A stretch of 46,678 nucleotides of DNA from Ionaspis alba (Eukaryota), in contig CAXUUL010000049.1 of NCBI GenBank assembly GCA_964255285.1, forward strand, positions 1 through 46,678, given 5' to 3'. Shown here in pieces: positions 26,839 to 38,991 of this stretch. The stretch's first letter is position 1. Every line of letters begins with the position of its first letter. The position numbers were made by a program, and so were the translations under genes. Below the pieces are notes generated by a model that was not told where the DNA came from, searched no databases, and worked only from the letters and a program-made list of their open reading frames with translations.

Positions 26839-29599
26839 ATGGTCTCAATGGCTTCGGCGGGTCCTGTAAGCTCCCTGGACTCCGGTATTTGCTTGCACAG
26901 TTGCTTTACTGAATGATTCGCGCTGACAGGATTCATAGTCGACTATGACCCAATCGAGCATCTGAATGCGCTTTTCTCCCATCCATCGACATTATCGTCT
27001 GTCTCTCAGACCTCGAGAGCCCTTCGCAGCTATCAATATGAGTTGGACCACAAGATTGCAGGGCTGCTCATTCGTCAGTCGACTTTGGACGCTGACAGCG
27101 TGCAACGCATCCAGGCAGCGAAGACCGATCTTGCAGACCTTTTCCAGGGGATTGAAGGAGTCAGAGAGAGGGCAATGCAGACTGAACAAGCGATCACAGA
27201 GATGACGGCAGACATTAAACGACTGGACAATACAAAGCGAAATCTTACGCTATCCATGACCGCTCTGAAGCGGCTGCAAATGCTCACGACAGCCTACGAA
27301 CAATTGCGCGGCCTGAGTACCTCTCGCCAATACCGGGAATGTGCCCAGCTACTCCAGGCGGTTATACAACTTATGGCCCACTTCAAGTCTTATCGATCCA
27401 TCGATCAGATAGCCACCCTAAGCAGGAACGTCTCCGATGTTCAAAGGGAGTTGTTAGAACAGGTGTGTGAGGACTTCGAGGTCACCTTTGCCAAAGGAGA
27501 GGTACCGCAACGCAGGACCATACTTTCGGAGGCATGTCTGGTCATGGAAGCCCTGGGCGACAATGCGAGGTCACGACTGATCACCTGGTACTGCAATACC
27601 CAGCTTCGGGAATACCGGCAAGTGTTTCGTGGTAACGACGAAGCTGGCTCACTGGACAACATCTCGAGAAGATACTCTTGGTTTAAGAGGATGCTCAAGA
27701 CCTACGACGATCAACACGCTGCGATTTTCCCGGTCTATTGGCGTGTCGATGAGATGCTGGCCAATGCTTTCTGTGAAGGCACGAGGGATGACTTCCAAGG
27801 GATACTGACCAAGTCCTTGCGTCGAGCAGATGGGCAGAACGTGGACGTGAACATCTTGCTCTCTTGCCTGCAGGAAACGTTGGACTTTGAGCATAGCCTG
27901 GAACGGGTATTCACAAATTCCGTTTGTGATCTCTTCCTGAAATTTGATCTACCTTCTGATTGCTCTCTAGTCTCGGATTTCAATAGATACCTTTACATCC
28001 AACGATGAGAAAGCACCTCCTTTTGCTCATGCCATATCCGAAGCGTTTGAGCCGTACTTGAGTATTTGGGTGGAAGAACAGGACAGGTGGGTTTGCTCGT
28101 GAATGAATTGGCACTATATACCAACCGTCGCAGACAATTATCGCTGTTGCTACCCAAGTACCGGCAGCAACCATTGAAGCCACTGGACGAAGAGTTCTCA
28201 CCTCAGTTGGTTGTTCCTTCGTCCACTGAGCTCTTCAGCTTCTACCGTCTCACTTTCGCGCAATGTGCTAAACTGTCGACTGGCACCCGTCTGGTGGAAT
28301 TGTCCAAAGTCTTTGCGAAATATCTCGACTCATATGCACAGCAAGTCCTGTTGTATCATATCAGTGAGCGGCCGACAGGTCAGACTCCTTCGAGAATTCC
28401 CTCGACCGAGGACATTATCCTCGTACTCAATACTGCCGATTACTGCTACAATACGAGTAACCAGCTCGAGGAGAAGATCAAGGGGAAGGTCGATGATTCG
28501 TTCAGGGACGGTATTGATCTCCAAAGCCAGGCGGATGCCTTCATGGGTATTGCAAGTGCTGCTGTTCGCGCCCTGGTTCGCAAGGTCGAGGTCGACCTCG
28601 AATCGAGCTGGAGAGAAATGCGTAACACAGGCTGGAGCAAGCTTCAAAGTGTTAGCGACCAGAGTGCCTACGTGGCTGACCTATTGCATCGTCTGAAATC
28701 ACGGTCTTCGGAGGTCCTGGTGATGCTGCACAAACCACAATACGCACGAGCTTTTTGTGATAATATGGTTGAGCTTCTAACGAGCACCTACGTTGCGAAC
28801 ATTGTGCAATGTCGACCGATCTCAGAGGTCGGTGCCGAACAGGTACTCTAGACTGAGCATGAATTGTTGCTTCAAAAGTTCACTTACACCATCCTAGATG
28901 CTCCTCGACTCCTACGTCCTTACAAAGGGCTTCGAGGACCTCATCACACTCACCTCTACTTCCAGCAACGCTGCCCCAGCCGGGTACATCAAGCGCGTCT
29001 CCCAAACAATGTCTCGACTCTCGCCTCTCCTCAAAACCCTCCAAGTGCGACCCTCGCCCCCGGAAGCCTTGGTCCAGGCCTACCTCATCCACATCGCCGA
29101 TAAATCCGACACAAACTTTCGCAAGATACTCGACCTCAAGGGCATCCGCAAGCAGGATCAAATTCAATTCATAGAACTCTTCATGGCCCACAAAGCCGGC
29201 CCACGTAACGAGTCTCTGCCGCAGTATTCGGCTTTTCTGACTCCTCTGGTCGTCAATGGCACTGGTGGCGGTGCCGGTATTGGCTCTCTCTCGACTGCCA
29301 CTGGCCTGGGCGCGGCCAATTTGCCCAACCTACAAGGCCGTTTCGACCCGGCCACTTTCGGGTCTGCCATTATGATGGCGGCTAGAGACGGGGTCGACCG
29401 CTTGGGGACGCCAGCCTTGGGCGGTAGCTCCGCGGCAGGATCGAGGGGTGCTAGTCCACCTCCTGGTGGTGTTCTGAGCCATGTGGGCGATGGTGCGTTA
29501 GGTGCTGGTGCGAACGTGAATCAGAATCTGAGGAACATCGGCAAGTTTTTCAAGCGAGACTTGGGTAGTTTTGGTGGGAGATTTGGAGGTGGTGGATGA
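26839..29599 (+). CDS. VPS53: GARP complex subunit Vps53, 5 exons (26839-26884, 26939-27921, 27971-28086, 28134-28842, 28898-29599), ~851 aa
   Basis: Motifs DYDPIEHLN, IKRLDNTKRNLTLSMTALKRLQMLTTAYEQL, EAGSLDNISRRYSWF, GAEQ|MLLD and NFRKILDLKG. All four introns keep the frame. Confidence 0.95.
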
Positions 29600-29953
29600 A
29601 CATGAGTAGTTGCCGGTCGTGTATCAGGGTTGGAGTCAGGGGTCTCCTTCTGTTCACCATTCCTGTAGGTTTCGTTCAACTGCTGTAGAGAAAATGTTTT
29701 ATGGGCAACCGGTTCAGGGCGTAACAGCAAAGTTGACGATGTATTACGGCTTTGGAATGAGCGAATGTTAAGGGTTTGGCGGTCTGATCCTTAAACTCGA
29801 TGACCATGCCTTAAAAGTGTTTAAAACCCGAACTCTATCAAGCCCATAATGGACCTGTGGCTGTCTCTATTCAAAATATCCTGCCTCCAACGCCCTGATG
29901 CTGATGCATTAGCCAATTCTATGACCCAACGTCTATGCTCAGAACCCCACCAC

Positions 29954-31189
29954 TCATGAGCTTGAGCGCTGGGTGCTGAGACTGATGGATTGGTCTCTAG
30001 CCCCGTCCCCGTATTCGAATGCTTCAGCGTCATTCTCATAATCAGATTCATCCCGATACCATATCTCGCCAGCCTCTGGATCCAGAAAGTCAATATCGTC
30101 GTTGCCCATACCTGTCAGCCGCTCGTGTTCTTCCATTGCCTCATCGGAGAAAGTGTCCGGATGCGGGTGACTCCTTGCCCTCTGAGCTACCTTGGTACGT
30201 TCCTCGTTCTCAAGCTGTCGGGCCCGGGATACCGTACGCTGGTAGATCAAGTAACCAGTCACCACGCCGAAAAGCATACCTCCGGCAATACTAGCATAAT
30301 TAATCACCCTCGTCCCTATGTCCATCTTCTTCCCTTCGCTGCCAGCGATAGCAGCCAGCCGTCCTCCAATGAAAACATGAATTAAAAGTTTGGGGCTTGC
30401 GATGGCGGTGGCCAAAGCAAACATGAGGGGTGAAACGGTACGAATGGTCGACATAGCGCCGTTGGAAAGCGAGTATGGTAGGGGACAAAGACGGATCATG
30501 ACTAGTAGAAGTAGACCGTCATGTTTGAGGACGAGAGATAGAGCCGCGAAACGGGAATCATTGGCGACAAGTCGATGGACAAAGGAGGAGAGTATCGTTC
30601 GGGAGGCGAGAAAGGAAATCAGAGAACCAATCACAGTGGCACTTGCGATGATAAACCATCTGTGCTCTACGTATTAGGGACCGGAGAATTTGGAGGGGAA
30701 TCGGTAGACAAACCCTATAGGAAAGCCATAGACGAAGCCGGATATGGTCACGCAAGTCGAGTATCCGATCATAGGGGGAAAGGCGGTGGCAAAGGTCATG
30801 GCCCAGAGGATCAGCCACCCGCCGTTGAGGTTCTTCCATTTGAGGGCAATTGGCTGCAGCCATTCCAGTATCGCGTGATTGTAGACGAAGAAGAGAACGG
30901 TCAGCGTCAAGGCGGTCATAAGTAACAAAGCAGCGGCAATTCTTTGGACGAGGGAAAGCTTAGTGATGGTCTGCACGGTTCGCCGTTGAAACCTGTCGAC
31001 TATATCAATCATTTTGTCTCGGAAGCACCTATATTTAGAACTGTAAGGCGAGCGACTTCGACCTCGCGACATCGATGACTGAGAACGTGGCCATGCTGTT
31101 CGGATAGGGTGATGATTGATGGTCGGTGAAGTAGAGGGGGAAATAGGGAGAGACAGGGCTCGCGCCGTGGAGTTGTAATCAGCTGGCAT
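29954..31189 (-). CDS. TVP38: Tvp38 / SNARE-associated Golgi membrane protein (DedA/VTT family), 2 exons (31189-30714, 30659-29954), ~393 aa
   Basis: Motifs AFPPMIGYST...GFVYGFPIG|WF and MIRLCPLPYSLSNGA. Intron 30713-30660. Confidence 0.9.
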
Positions 31190-32426
31190 GTTATCTGCCT
31201 GCGTAAGTCTATGTTCATTACCTCGGTGGTTAGCAGACCACATAAGAAAGGGAGATCACTCTGAGGGCAGCGAGGGAGAACTAAACGCTATGGGACGATT
31301 TCTGGAAACTGAATGTGGATAGGCTGTGCTTGAGAGAGCAGGCGCAGCAAGGTTGCGGAGGATCTGACCAACGAATGTATACTGAGTTGATTCATGTGGA
31401 GAAAATTGATGCGGAGCGGAGCAGAAGTTAAGTGTTCGAATGCATGATGAAGATTTTCATCCAAGGAGGGTGAATGAGAAGCTCTAGGAGTCTGCGGAAG
31501 AAGCAGTGTAAAAACAATGATACTCTAGTAATCGAGGTATCTAACTAGATTCCCAAAAACACAGGGCTAAGCTCACGCATACACGTGAGAGCGCCAAGGT
31601 GTTCATGCCTGCAGGCCTGGATGATTGTCGAGACCTTTGTACACGAGACGCATTGATCAGTCTATCGCTGGAAGCTTGGTAGATCTAGCGACAGGACCTG
31701 TATGGACGTTATAATTAAAGAAATCTGCTGAAGTCCAAAGCCGTTCGTTGCTTCTTTTGTTGCTCAAAACTAATGCTACTATGCCCAATGCTTAGTGACC
31801 ATGCTACGGCGGGCTTCCATCCATATCCCCGTGCATATCTTTCTCCAATGGAATCCAGACACCTCACGACAAATACGCAGCAGTTTGCAGACCGAGCGAT
31901 CATCAACCACCCATGCCACACCCAGTACCACTACGCATTGATATCTTCAAATCATTTTCATCTTTCCCGTAGTGCCCTTTGTATGATTGATCAATTCAGG
32001 TTTCTGACGGCGGTTAGAACCTGTCCCAAAACGCGGAGACCTCATCCATATTGTGGTCTAGTCTATGAGGCAGCCAATCGCACATTTTCAGGATAGCGAA
32101 GCCTGCTTCAAATGTGTGTTGGAAGCTGCCCAAGGAATCACACCGTAAAGGTAAGGGCGGAATTTTGTCCCTGGCGATGGAAACAATGTTTTAAGAAGTC
32201 AGTGATTCCACATCGATCCCGATGTTGGTCGCAGACGGTACAAAGCCACAAAGGAGAATCCGTCGCTGTTCTGTAGCAGACGGAATATACCACGTGACCG
32301 GAGTTGCTTCGCAAGGAATCGAGAGCATAGTGCAATTTTGCGACACTTCCAGGTGGAGGCCAAGGCCGGAGCATACTTCCAGCTTAATTTTGGCGCCCTC
32401 GACAAAGTTACCAAGCGACGATCAGA

Positions 32427-34181
32427 ATGGGGTGGCCTTCGGACATCAATGGCTCTAGCGGACTGGTCATAACAAACGGCAAACTTCTCCAGCACGAAAG
32501 ATTCACAGGCCGATGGAAGAAATTTGAAACATGTGCGAAGGATTTGCTTGCATTCTCCAAGCACATTGTCTCGTTGGAAGAAGTCTTGGACAGGAAGAGC
32601 GCCTTAGAATCAGAAATTGGCTCCAAGGAGACAGTGATCACTTCTTACAAGGTTGGGCGCGAGCAGATGCTGGAAGGGTTTGCGGAAAATTATAGGTCAT
32701 GGAAGGCGCAGGAGATCAAGTTGACAGAAGAGGTCCGGGCTGCTCTTGGCAGAGTACAGTCGCTTGAAGATACTCTTGCGGTCTCCAAGAAGAATACTAT
32801 AGGTCTGGAGGAACTCGATCGTAAGATCCAGGACGAAAGAAACAAAACCGATCAAGTTGTGGCAGAAGCAATCAAAGAGAGGTCGTTGGAAATTCAGAAG
32901 CTACAAAGAAGAATAGACATCACGAGCAAGAAGCTGGAGAAAGAGCAGAGCGATTTGGTTGACAAGTCCATGATGCTTATTGGTAGGGAGGAGCAGCTCA
33001 GGACTTGTCGTAAAGAGCTAGAAGAGAGGAGGAAGGAAATAGGCTGGGAACACCTGGACACAGACCTGTCAGTATATCACTTATCATGTGGTAGTTATCG
33101 TATTGTGCATCGCTGATGGCAGAAGTCCATCCGACCTCATGGAGCTCTCGATGAGACTCCATGACTTGGTAAAAAGGTACTTCTTCAAAAGTTTGCCGAA
33201 AGACATCGACACGGTAAGACAGCCAACTCAACTCCAACTCCCGCAAAGTACGTTGGCTGATTGGAGATCTAGGATAGCTTGTTCATAAAACTTCAGCGTT
33301 CACAGTTCATGAGCACGATCTCTAGGCCGATTCCGATATCGAGTAGCCAACCTTCCAAACACCTGCGAATGGCGGCTGTCGAAGCGATTGTTTCGATGAA
33401 GATGATGGAAAAAATATTCCAACCTCTGTTCACCGTCCAATCTCCCGACAGAAATGTCTTTTGCAATGCACTAGATCGTTTGAGCAAGAGTCCTAAGCAG
33501 GAAGCAATCCTTCGGACTATCCTAACAACTGCATTTGTTTCAGATGTGCGTGAGACTAGTTTGGTGAATGCTATTGTCGAGGAGATTGATCTGGTCCTTG
33601 CTCCTCTCTTCTTGAGCCAGGTCGACCGTGTAGCATTCAAGATTGATCTGAAAGCACTTCTCCATAGCGCTGCTGAGATCTGGAGTCGCACGCAAAAGAG
33701 TCCAGAGAAAATAGTGGCTAGCTCGGAAGGCAGACCTTGGGACTGGGGCTATCACCAAGAGCACGAGAGAGCAGTTAGGCTGAGTGCAGAGCAAATCGCA
33801 TTGGCACCGATCTCGGACTACCCGTTGATGATTCTGTTTCCACGGGTCTATATCGATAAAGCGGAAACGCCGCTGCATCGAGGATTTGCCTTATGGTCAG
33901 ATCAGAGTCTCATGATTGCGGGAGATCTGGAATTCAGAGAACAAGCCACACGAGTAAATGTCAGAAATACCGATATGCATGGTGGTAGCATGACCAGAAG
34001 AGGGAGTATAAAGGCTCCCGACAGCTCTCCACTGACTCGTCGACGAACTGTGAGTCTTCCAAGCTCACCGCGCAGTACCAAGTCTGGGCACGGGAATGGG
34101 AACGGGAACGGGACGTTCTTGAGGAGGACACAACAAAGCATAGGGCCCATGACAGTATCGGAGGAATTTGGCGCCTGTTAG
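32427..34181 (+). CDS. Hypothetical coiled-coil protein, 3 exons (32427-33067, 33123-33213, 33273-34181), ~546 aa; 5' end uncertain
   Basis: Three ORFs are joined in frame by GTCAGT..CAG and GTAAGA..TAG introns. The N-half is E/K-rich and heptad-like; the C-half is helical. Family not recognised. Confidence 0.7.
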
Positions 34182-34330
34182 TCGGCAGGGGTGGGAGCAA
34201 ATGCAGTAAAATGGAAGACGAAGGGCTCGAGAGGACGAGGAGATTGTATCGAAGCGGTGCGGTCATTTCTTGTCTTTGCTTTGCCGTTGCTTGCGGTAAA
34301 TGTTCGAACTAATAACTTCGCGTCCACCAA

Positions 34331-34727
34331 GGAATCAGATTGTCTGTCGTTCGTGCAGCACGAGATGCCTTGAGAACTGGATCAAAATCACGGTCTTTCG
34401 AACTCGCAGCTTCCGTGTAGATTGAATACCCACCTCTATTGCGCGAGAACGGAAGCATGCACGAGGCGCATGGACGGAAATCATTGCGAGCATAATTAGC
34501 ATAATTAGCAGCGTTAGCAGCCAAAATACCCCCGGGCGGCCTCCAGCTGGGGACGCGGGTGAGGTGGATAAGGTACCACCCCCTAACAAGTCCCCACCCT
34601 CCTACCCATTGTGCTAAAAATGCTCGGCAGCGAAATCTGTCCATGCGCCTCGGCGGGAAGGCCAAAACAACTATATCTCGCGCCTCCAGGCAAAGGATTC
34701 GATGAACGACATTGAACGATTAGATCC
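34331..34727 (+). ncRNA. Candidate highly structured RNA of unknown family (nested long-range helices)
   Basis: At least eight nested complementary pairs, including 17 bp at 34462-34478/34636-34652. Non-Watson-Crick positions are mostly G-U on the + strand. See findings. Confidence 0.55.
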
Positions 34728-35191
34728 AGTAAACTGGAATCTTCGTGGAGTCAAAGTAAAAACGGTAATCTAGCTTTGCAGTAGTCGATCATCATTCCTG
34801 CCAAATGAGTACAATGGTGAAATATGGCGTGCGTAGATCCAGTTGAAAGGACATCCTTGATGCTTGAGGAAGTGAGGCTGACGATAAGGCTGGACCCCTC
34901 GTGAACAATGGGGGTGATAATGAATGAGGAACCATTGCAGTATCGAATCACCATATGGCATCGTCCTCAGCGATGAGACCAGCAACAGGCGGTCGCCAGA
35001 ATATTGTTCTTGATGTGCTACTTGATTCATCATGGCTACCGTCCCTTGACATAGGAAAATTGTCGGTTCGCAGTATACACACTCCCTTTGCTCCTGCCAT
35101 GAAGCCCTCTTTCCGGTGACCTTTGTTCTCATCTTGGGATCGTGCCGTGCACCACAAATTGATCAGCCATTTACCTGAATTTCATGTTGCC

Positions 35192-37652
35192 ATGGTTCCA
35201 GACGCTGTTTACGACGCTTGTCTGCCAGTTCTTGAGGATGCTGCATTTGACGAGGAGGAAAAGACGGATAAATTGGAAGAGTTGTTACGGAAGGAAACTA
35301 CACTTTCAGGCCAGGCTCTGGATGATGCCATTCTTGGGGTCCTTTGGCGCTATCGGGATGCCACTGTGCCCGCTACAGCGTCACCTCATCTTCGACACAC
35401 TGTCATGCGAAGGTGCTCGCCAGCCCCGTGGCAATCATCACGAACTTCGACCCCTCTTGGATCGCCACCTCTAACTGGAGTCAGTTCCGCTCCTGCTTCA
35501 AGCTTCGGGAATGCTCCACCTGCTTTTACACGGGCCAAGTCTTCCATTGCATCACCTTTTACCTCCCCCCGACCCTCCCCACGGCTCGCGTTTGCCAGTC
35601 CCATACCCCACAGTCCGAACCTCAACTCTTACGAGTTCAGTGAGCCGAGTAGTCATCAGACCGACTATGGTGACTTTGGAAGCGATACGGTGGACTGGTT
35701 GGTCAATGACGAGCCTGTCAGTAGACCCTCGTCCTCAGGCACTGGCAGCCTTCAGGAGAGTAATTTGAGCGGTGCTGCTGCCACTTGGATACAACCGCAG
35801 CAGATCGAGATGTCACCATACGATATGCTTCGATCTATACTCGGTGACGGGAGGAGTGATGAAGAGATAGAGAATGCTCTTGAGTCCAACGGATACGATT
35901 TGAGTACTACGATCATGGCTCTTATGGGCCCGAGCAGCATGTTCGAAGAACACTCGACCCCTAGTGAGCAGGGTCAAGTCTTGATTGGGAAGTCAATGAT
36001 TTCAAATCAGCCCATCACCATCAGCCAAGCATCTCAGACACGTAGCAGTGTAATTTGCAGGTACTGGCTGTCAACCGGGAGCTGTTCGCGCGCAGATTGT
36101 CGATTCAGCCATGATCTGAGTAGCCACATTTGCAAGTATGTAATTCCCTCCAATCAGCTTTCTGTTCATTCGATACATTTCTCGCAGCTGGATCTATACT
36201 CTATCTTCTGCTACAAGCCTGTTCTAAGCTTCTAGAGCCTATTTGTCTTTGTGGCGGCAACGAGCCCATTTCAAAATCGCGGTCGTAGAAATTGACTGAC
36301 GAGTTAGGTATTGGATTATGGGTAACTGTCTCGCTGGTGATACCTGCGTTTTCTCACACGATCCTGCAGCACTGATCAGCAATCTTAATATTTCCAATGG
36401 TAATGGACTCTTCAACAGCCCTACAGTGCAGCCTGTCCAATCCGACCTCCGCGTACAGGACTATGACGCTTTTCCGACTCTCCAGCCCGCAGGTCTGACC
36501 CAACCGATTCATCCGCCACCTCTCTCGAGCTCCTTTAACAATTTCAACTCCTCTGGGTCGCACGGCTCCAGAGCTTTCATGCCTACTCAACTCGGACCTT
36601 CTGGGGAAGCGAAGGCGGTGCACTCTGGAACGCTTAAGGACACCTCTTCACTGTACTACGGGTCACGCCCAACGAGTCGTCAGTCGTCACGCGCAGCCAC
36701 TCCTTCAATTCCTTCGGTTGATGACACCGAAGCATTTCCAACCTTGGGGTCCGTATCCAAAGGGGTAAAGAAGCATCATGGTAAGCGCGGAGGTCATGGG
36801 CACAGCCACACCAACAAAGAGAACGTACCGGGTTCTCTTGCAGATGTTGTTCGCATGTCTCCGTCCCCCATGCCAGGACTATTGCGCAAAGGACTCATGA
36901 AGACACGCAGCTACAATGGCAGCCGTGAAAACAGCGCAACAGCCAACGCGATCTCACCACCAGAGCACATACCTTGGCTTGAAACTGGAGCCACGGCCAA
37001 TCAAGCGTATATCAAGGCTAGGCAAGATGCCTTCAAGCATGGTGGGTTGAGGAACAAATTTCTGCAAAGGTATGTCAGATATGATCCTCTTGCTACCACT
37101 GGGTCTGATCCTACCACAAGTGCTGCGCAAGCCTGGAACCGGAATGATGCTCGTGCTGCGAAGGCTCTTAGTCTTCGCGGACAATCGGAGAACGACCTTA
37201 TGCGGCGAGCTCATCGTGAAGCAGCGAGAGTTCTTTACGAAGAGCGTAATCGAGATGCTTCTTCTTCAAGCGAACTCTATGTAGATCTCCATGGGCTTCA
37301 TCCCGAAGAAGCTGTCGAATATCTCGAGCGCGTATTGATCGACCAGCAAAAGTTCAGTCGCCCTGTCTATGCAATCACAGGAACCGGCCATCACAGTAAA
37401 AACGGGAAAGACAAGGTGGGCAAGGCTGTGAGGGCCTGGCTGGTCGAGTGGAAATATGCCTTCCGAGAGTTTAGCGTTCCTGGAGACAGGGGAAACGTGG
37501 GAGGCATACTGGGGATTGATGCGAGGAGCTTCGATAAGAGCTTGCTGGATGAGAGAGCAATTAATGCTAGGAACGCGAGGGATGATGCCACTTCCGAAGG
37601 CAAGATTCAATTAGTCAAGGAGATACCAATGGGGCCAAGACCTAATTCATGA
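35192..37652 (+). CDS. CCCH zinc-finger, DUF1771 and SMR-domain protein with a CUE/UBA-like segment, 3 exons (35192-36135, 36308-37069, 37121-37652), ~745 aa
   Basis: Two CCCH fingers (CRYWLSTGSCSRADCRFSH and CK|YWIMGNCLAGDTCVFSH), and SMR motifs VDLHGLHPEEA and AITGTGHHS. Confidence 0.9.
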
Positions 37653-37939
37653 AATGAAGCACACATCTAACAGAAGAACGGACGCTCGATGACTTCTGTT
37701 GACTTCGTGGTACCAAGCATGGATCATTATGCTCGTTGTCACCACTGACCGATTTTCGTTGCCCCAATGAAAGTCTTTAGATATGATTACACTAAGCTCT
37801 TTCATATATACCATTGCATCCAATAATCACGTAGAAGGATAATTTGCCAGTCCTGCACGGTGGAAAGATGCGCATCTACACAAGGGGGGCGATTACTACG
37901 GGTTGAGAGATGAGTTTGTATCACCAACATTTACAATCT

Positions 37940-38602
37940 CTAGGGCTGTACAATTCCGTGAGGTACCACGTCCGTCAGGGTTCCACAAGCTTTGCAAGTC
38001 CTCAATCTCTCGTCTCCCTTGAAGCCATCAACGGCTTCTTTAATCTGGGTTCCCAGATCGGTACAGTGAAAGCTAGCCTCATGTACCACCTTCCCACACT
38101 CTTGACAGTACCAACGCAGCGTATCTAAGCTGCCCTCCGGCCTCGGCTGCTCGAGGACGATACCCACGGTATCCGCGAATCGGATGGGGTTGTGTGGTGT
38201 GTTTGGTGGGAGTAAAAACATTTCACCTTCGCGGATCGGAATGTCGCGGTACGCAGGTGCGGAGGTAGGTGAAGTCGATGGCTCGACAACCTTCAGGAGC
38301 ATCGAGCCTCGGTACTGGTAGAACCACTCTGCGGTCGTATTGATGTGATAATCTGTGCGGGCATTGGGTCCGCCTACAATCTGTATGTAAGGCGTCAAAG
38401 GAGCAAAGAGATCATATCAGAGCCATGGACCTGTTGCTCTTACCATAACGGTGACATCTTCGTTGTAGACGCAGTAGTTGTTGATTGGGGGTTTGAGGAG
38501 GTGGGAGTTCTCTTGGAGCCTGTGGCGAATTCATAAGCGAATGGTCTGAAAGGAAGTCCGATAGACATACCAATTGGGTAGATTCAGTGGACTTCCCAGC
38601 AT
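37940..38602 (-). CDS. BNA1: 3-hydroxyanthranilate 3,4-dioxygenase, 3 exons (38602-38571, 38519-38444, 38380-37940), ~182 aa
   Basis: Spliced sequence MLGSPLNLPNW|LQENSHLLKPPINN...VTVM|IVGGPNARTDYHIN, plus PHNPIRF and the rubredoxin-like CQEC/CKAC pairs. Confidence 0.96.
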
Positions 38603-38991
38603 GATGAGGGTGCTGGTATTTCACTGTTCTGCCAGCCTGTGGTAATCTTAGGCAAAAACGATGGACGCATGGATGTTGAGGGAAGCGCGAGCAGCGACAT
38701 ATAACTGTGATGAAAATCTGACAAATGGGAATGACGATTACTATTAAACACTAGGCCGACCTGGACGCAGCACAGCCGGTCTAGTCAATTTCAGTCCTAA
38801 GCGTACCTCGGTTATTTGGAACGCCGGTGATGAAAAATGCTATAGATTACACCAGAAACATCTGTTTGATGTTAAATGTATCCACATGAGTGTCAGCGTA
38901 GTCTTATTATCGCCAATGCTACATTTGCACAAATCTCTGTGATTCAAAGAAACTTGATAGATCTGTGTTGACAGTTGAGATCCTACACAGC

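Noticed and set aside
34576..34590. CCCTAAC as a telomerase RNA template within the structured region
   Set aside because: It covers barely one repeat unit (no AACCCTAAC), and the intergenic space is short for Pezizomycotina telomerase RNAs.
34753..34856. snR30/U17-like H box, m1 (ATTCCTG) and ACA downstream of the fold
   Set aside because: There is no AAACCAT m2 at the required spacing from the ACA and no matching basal stem.
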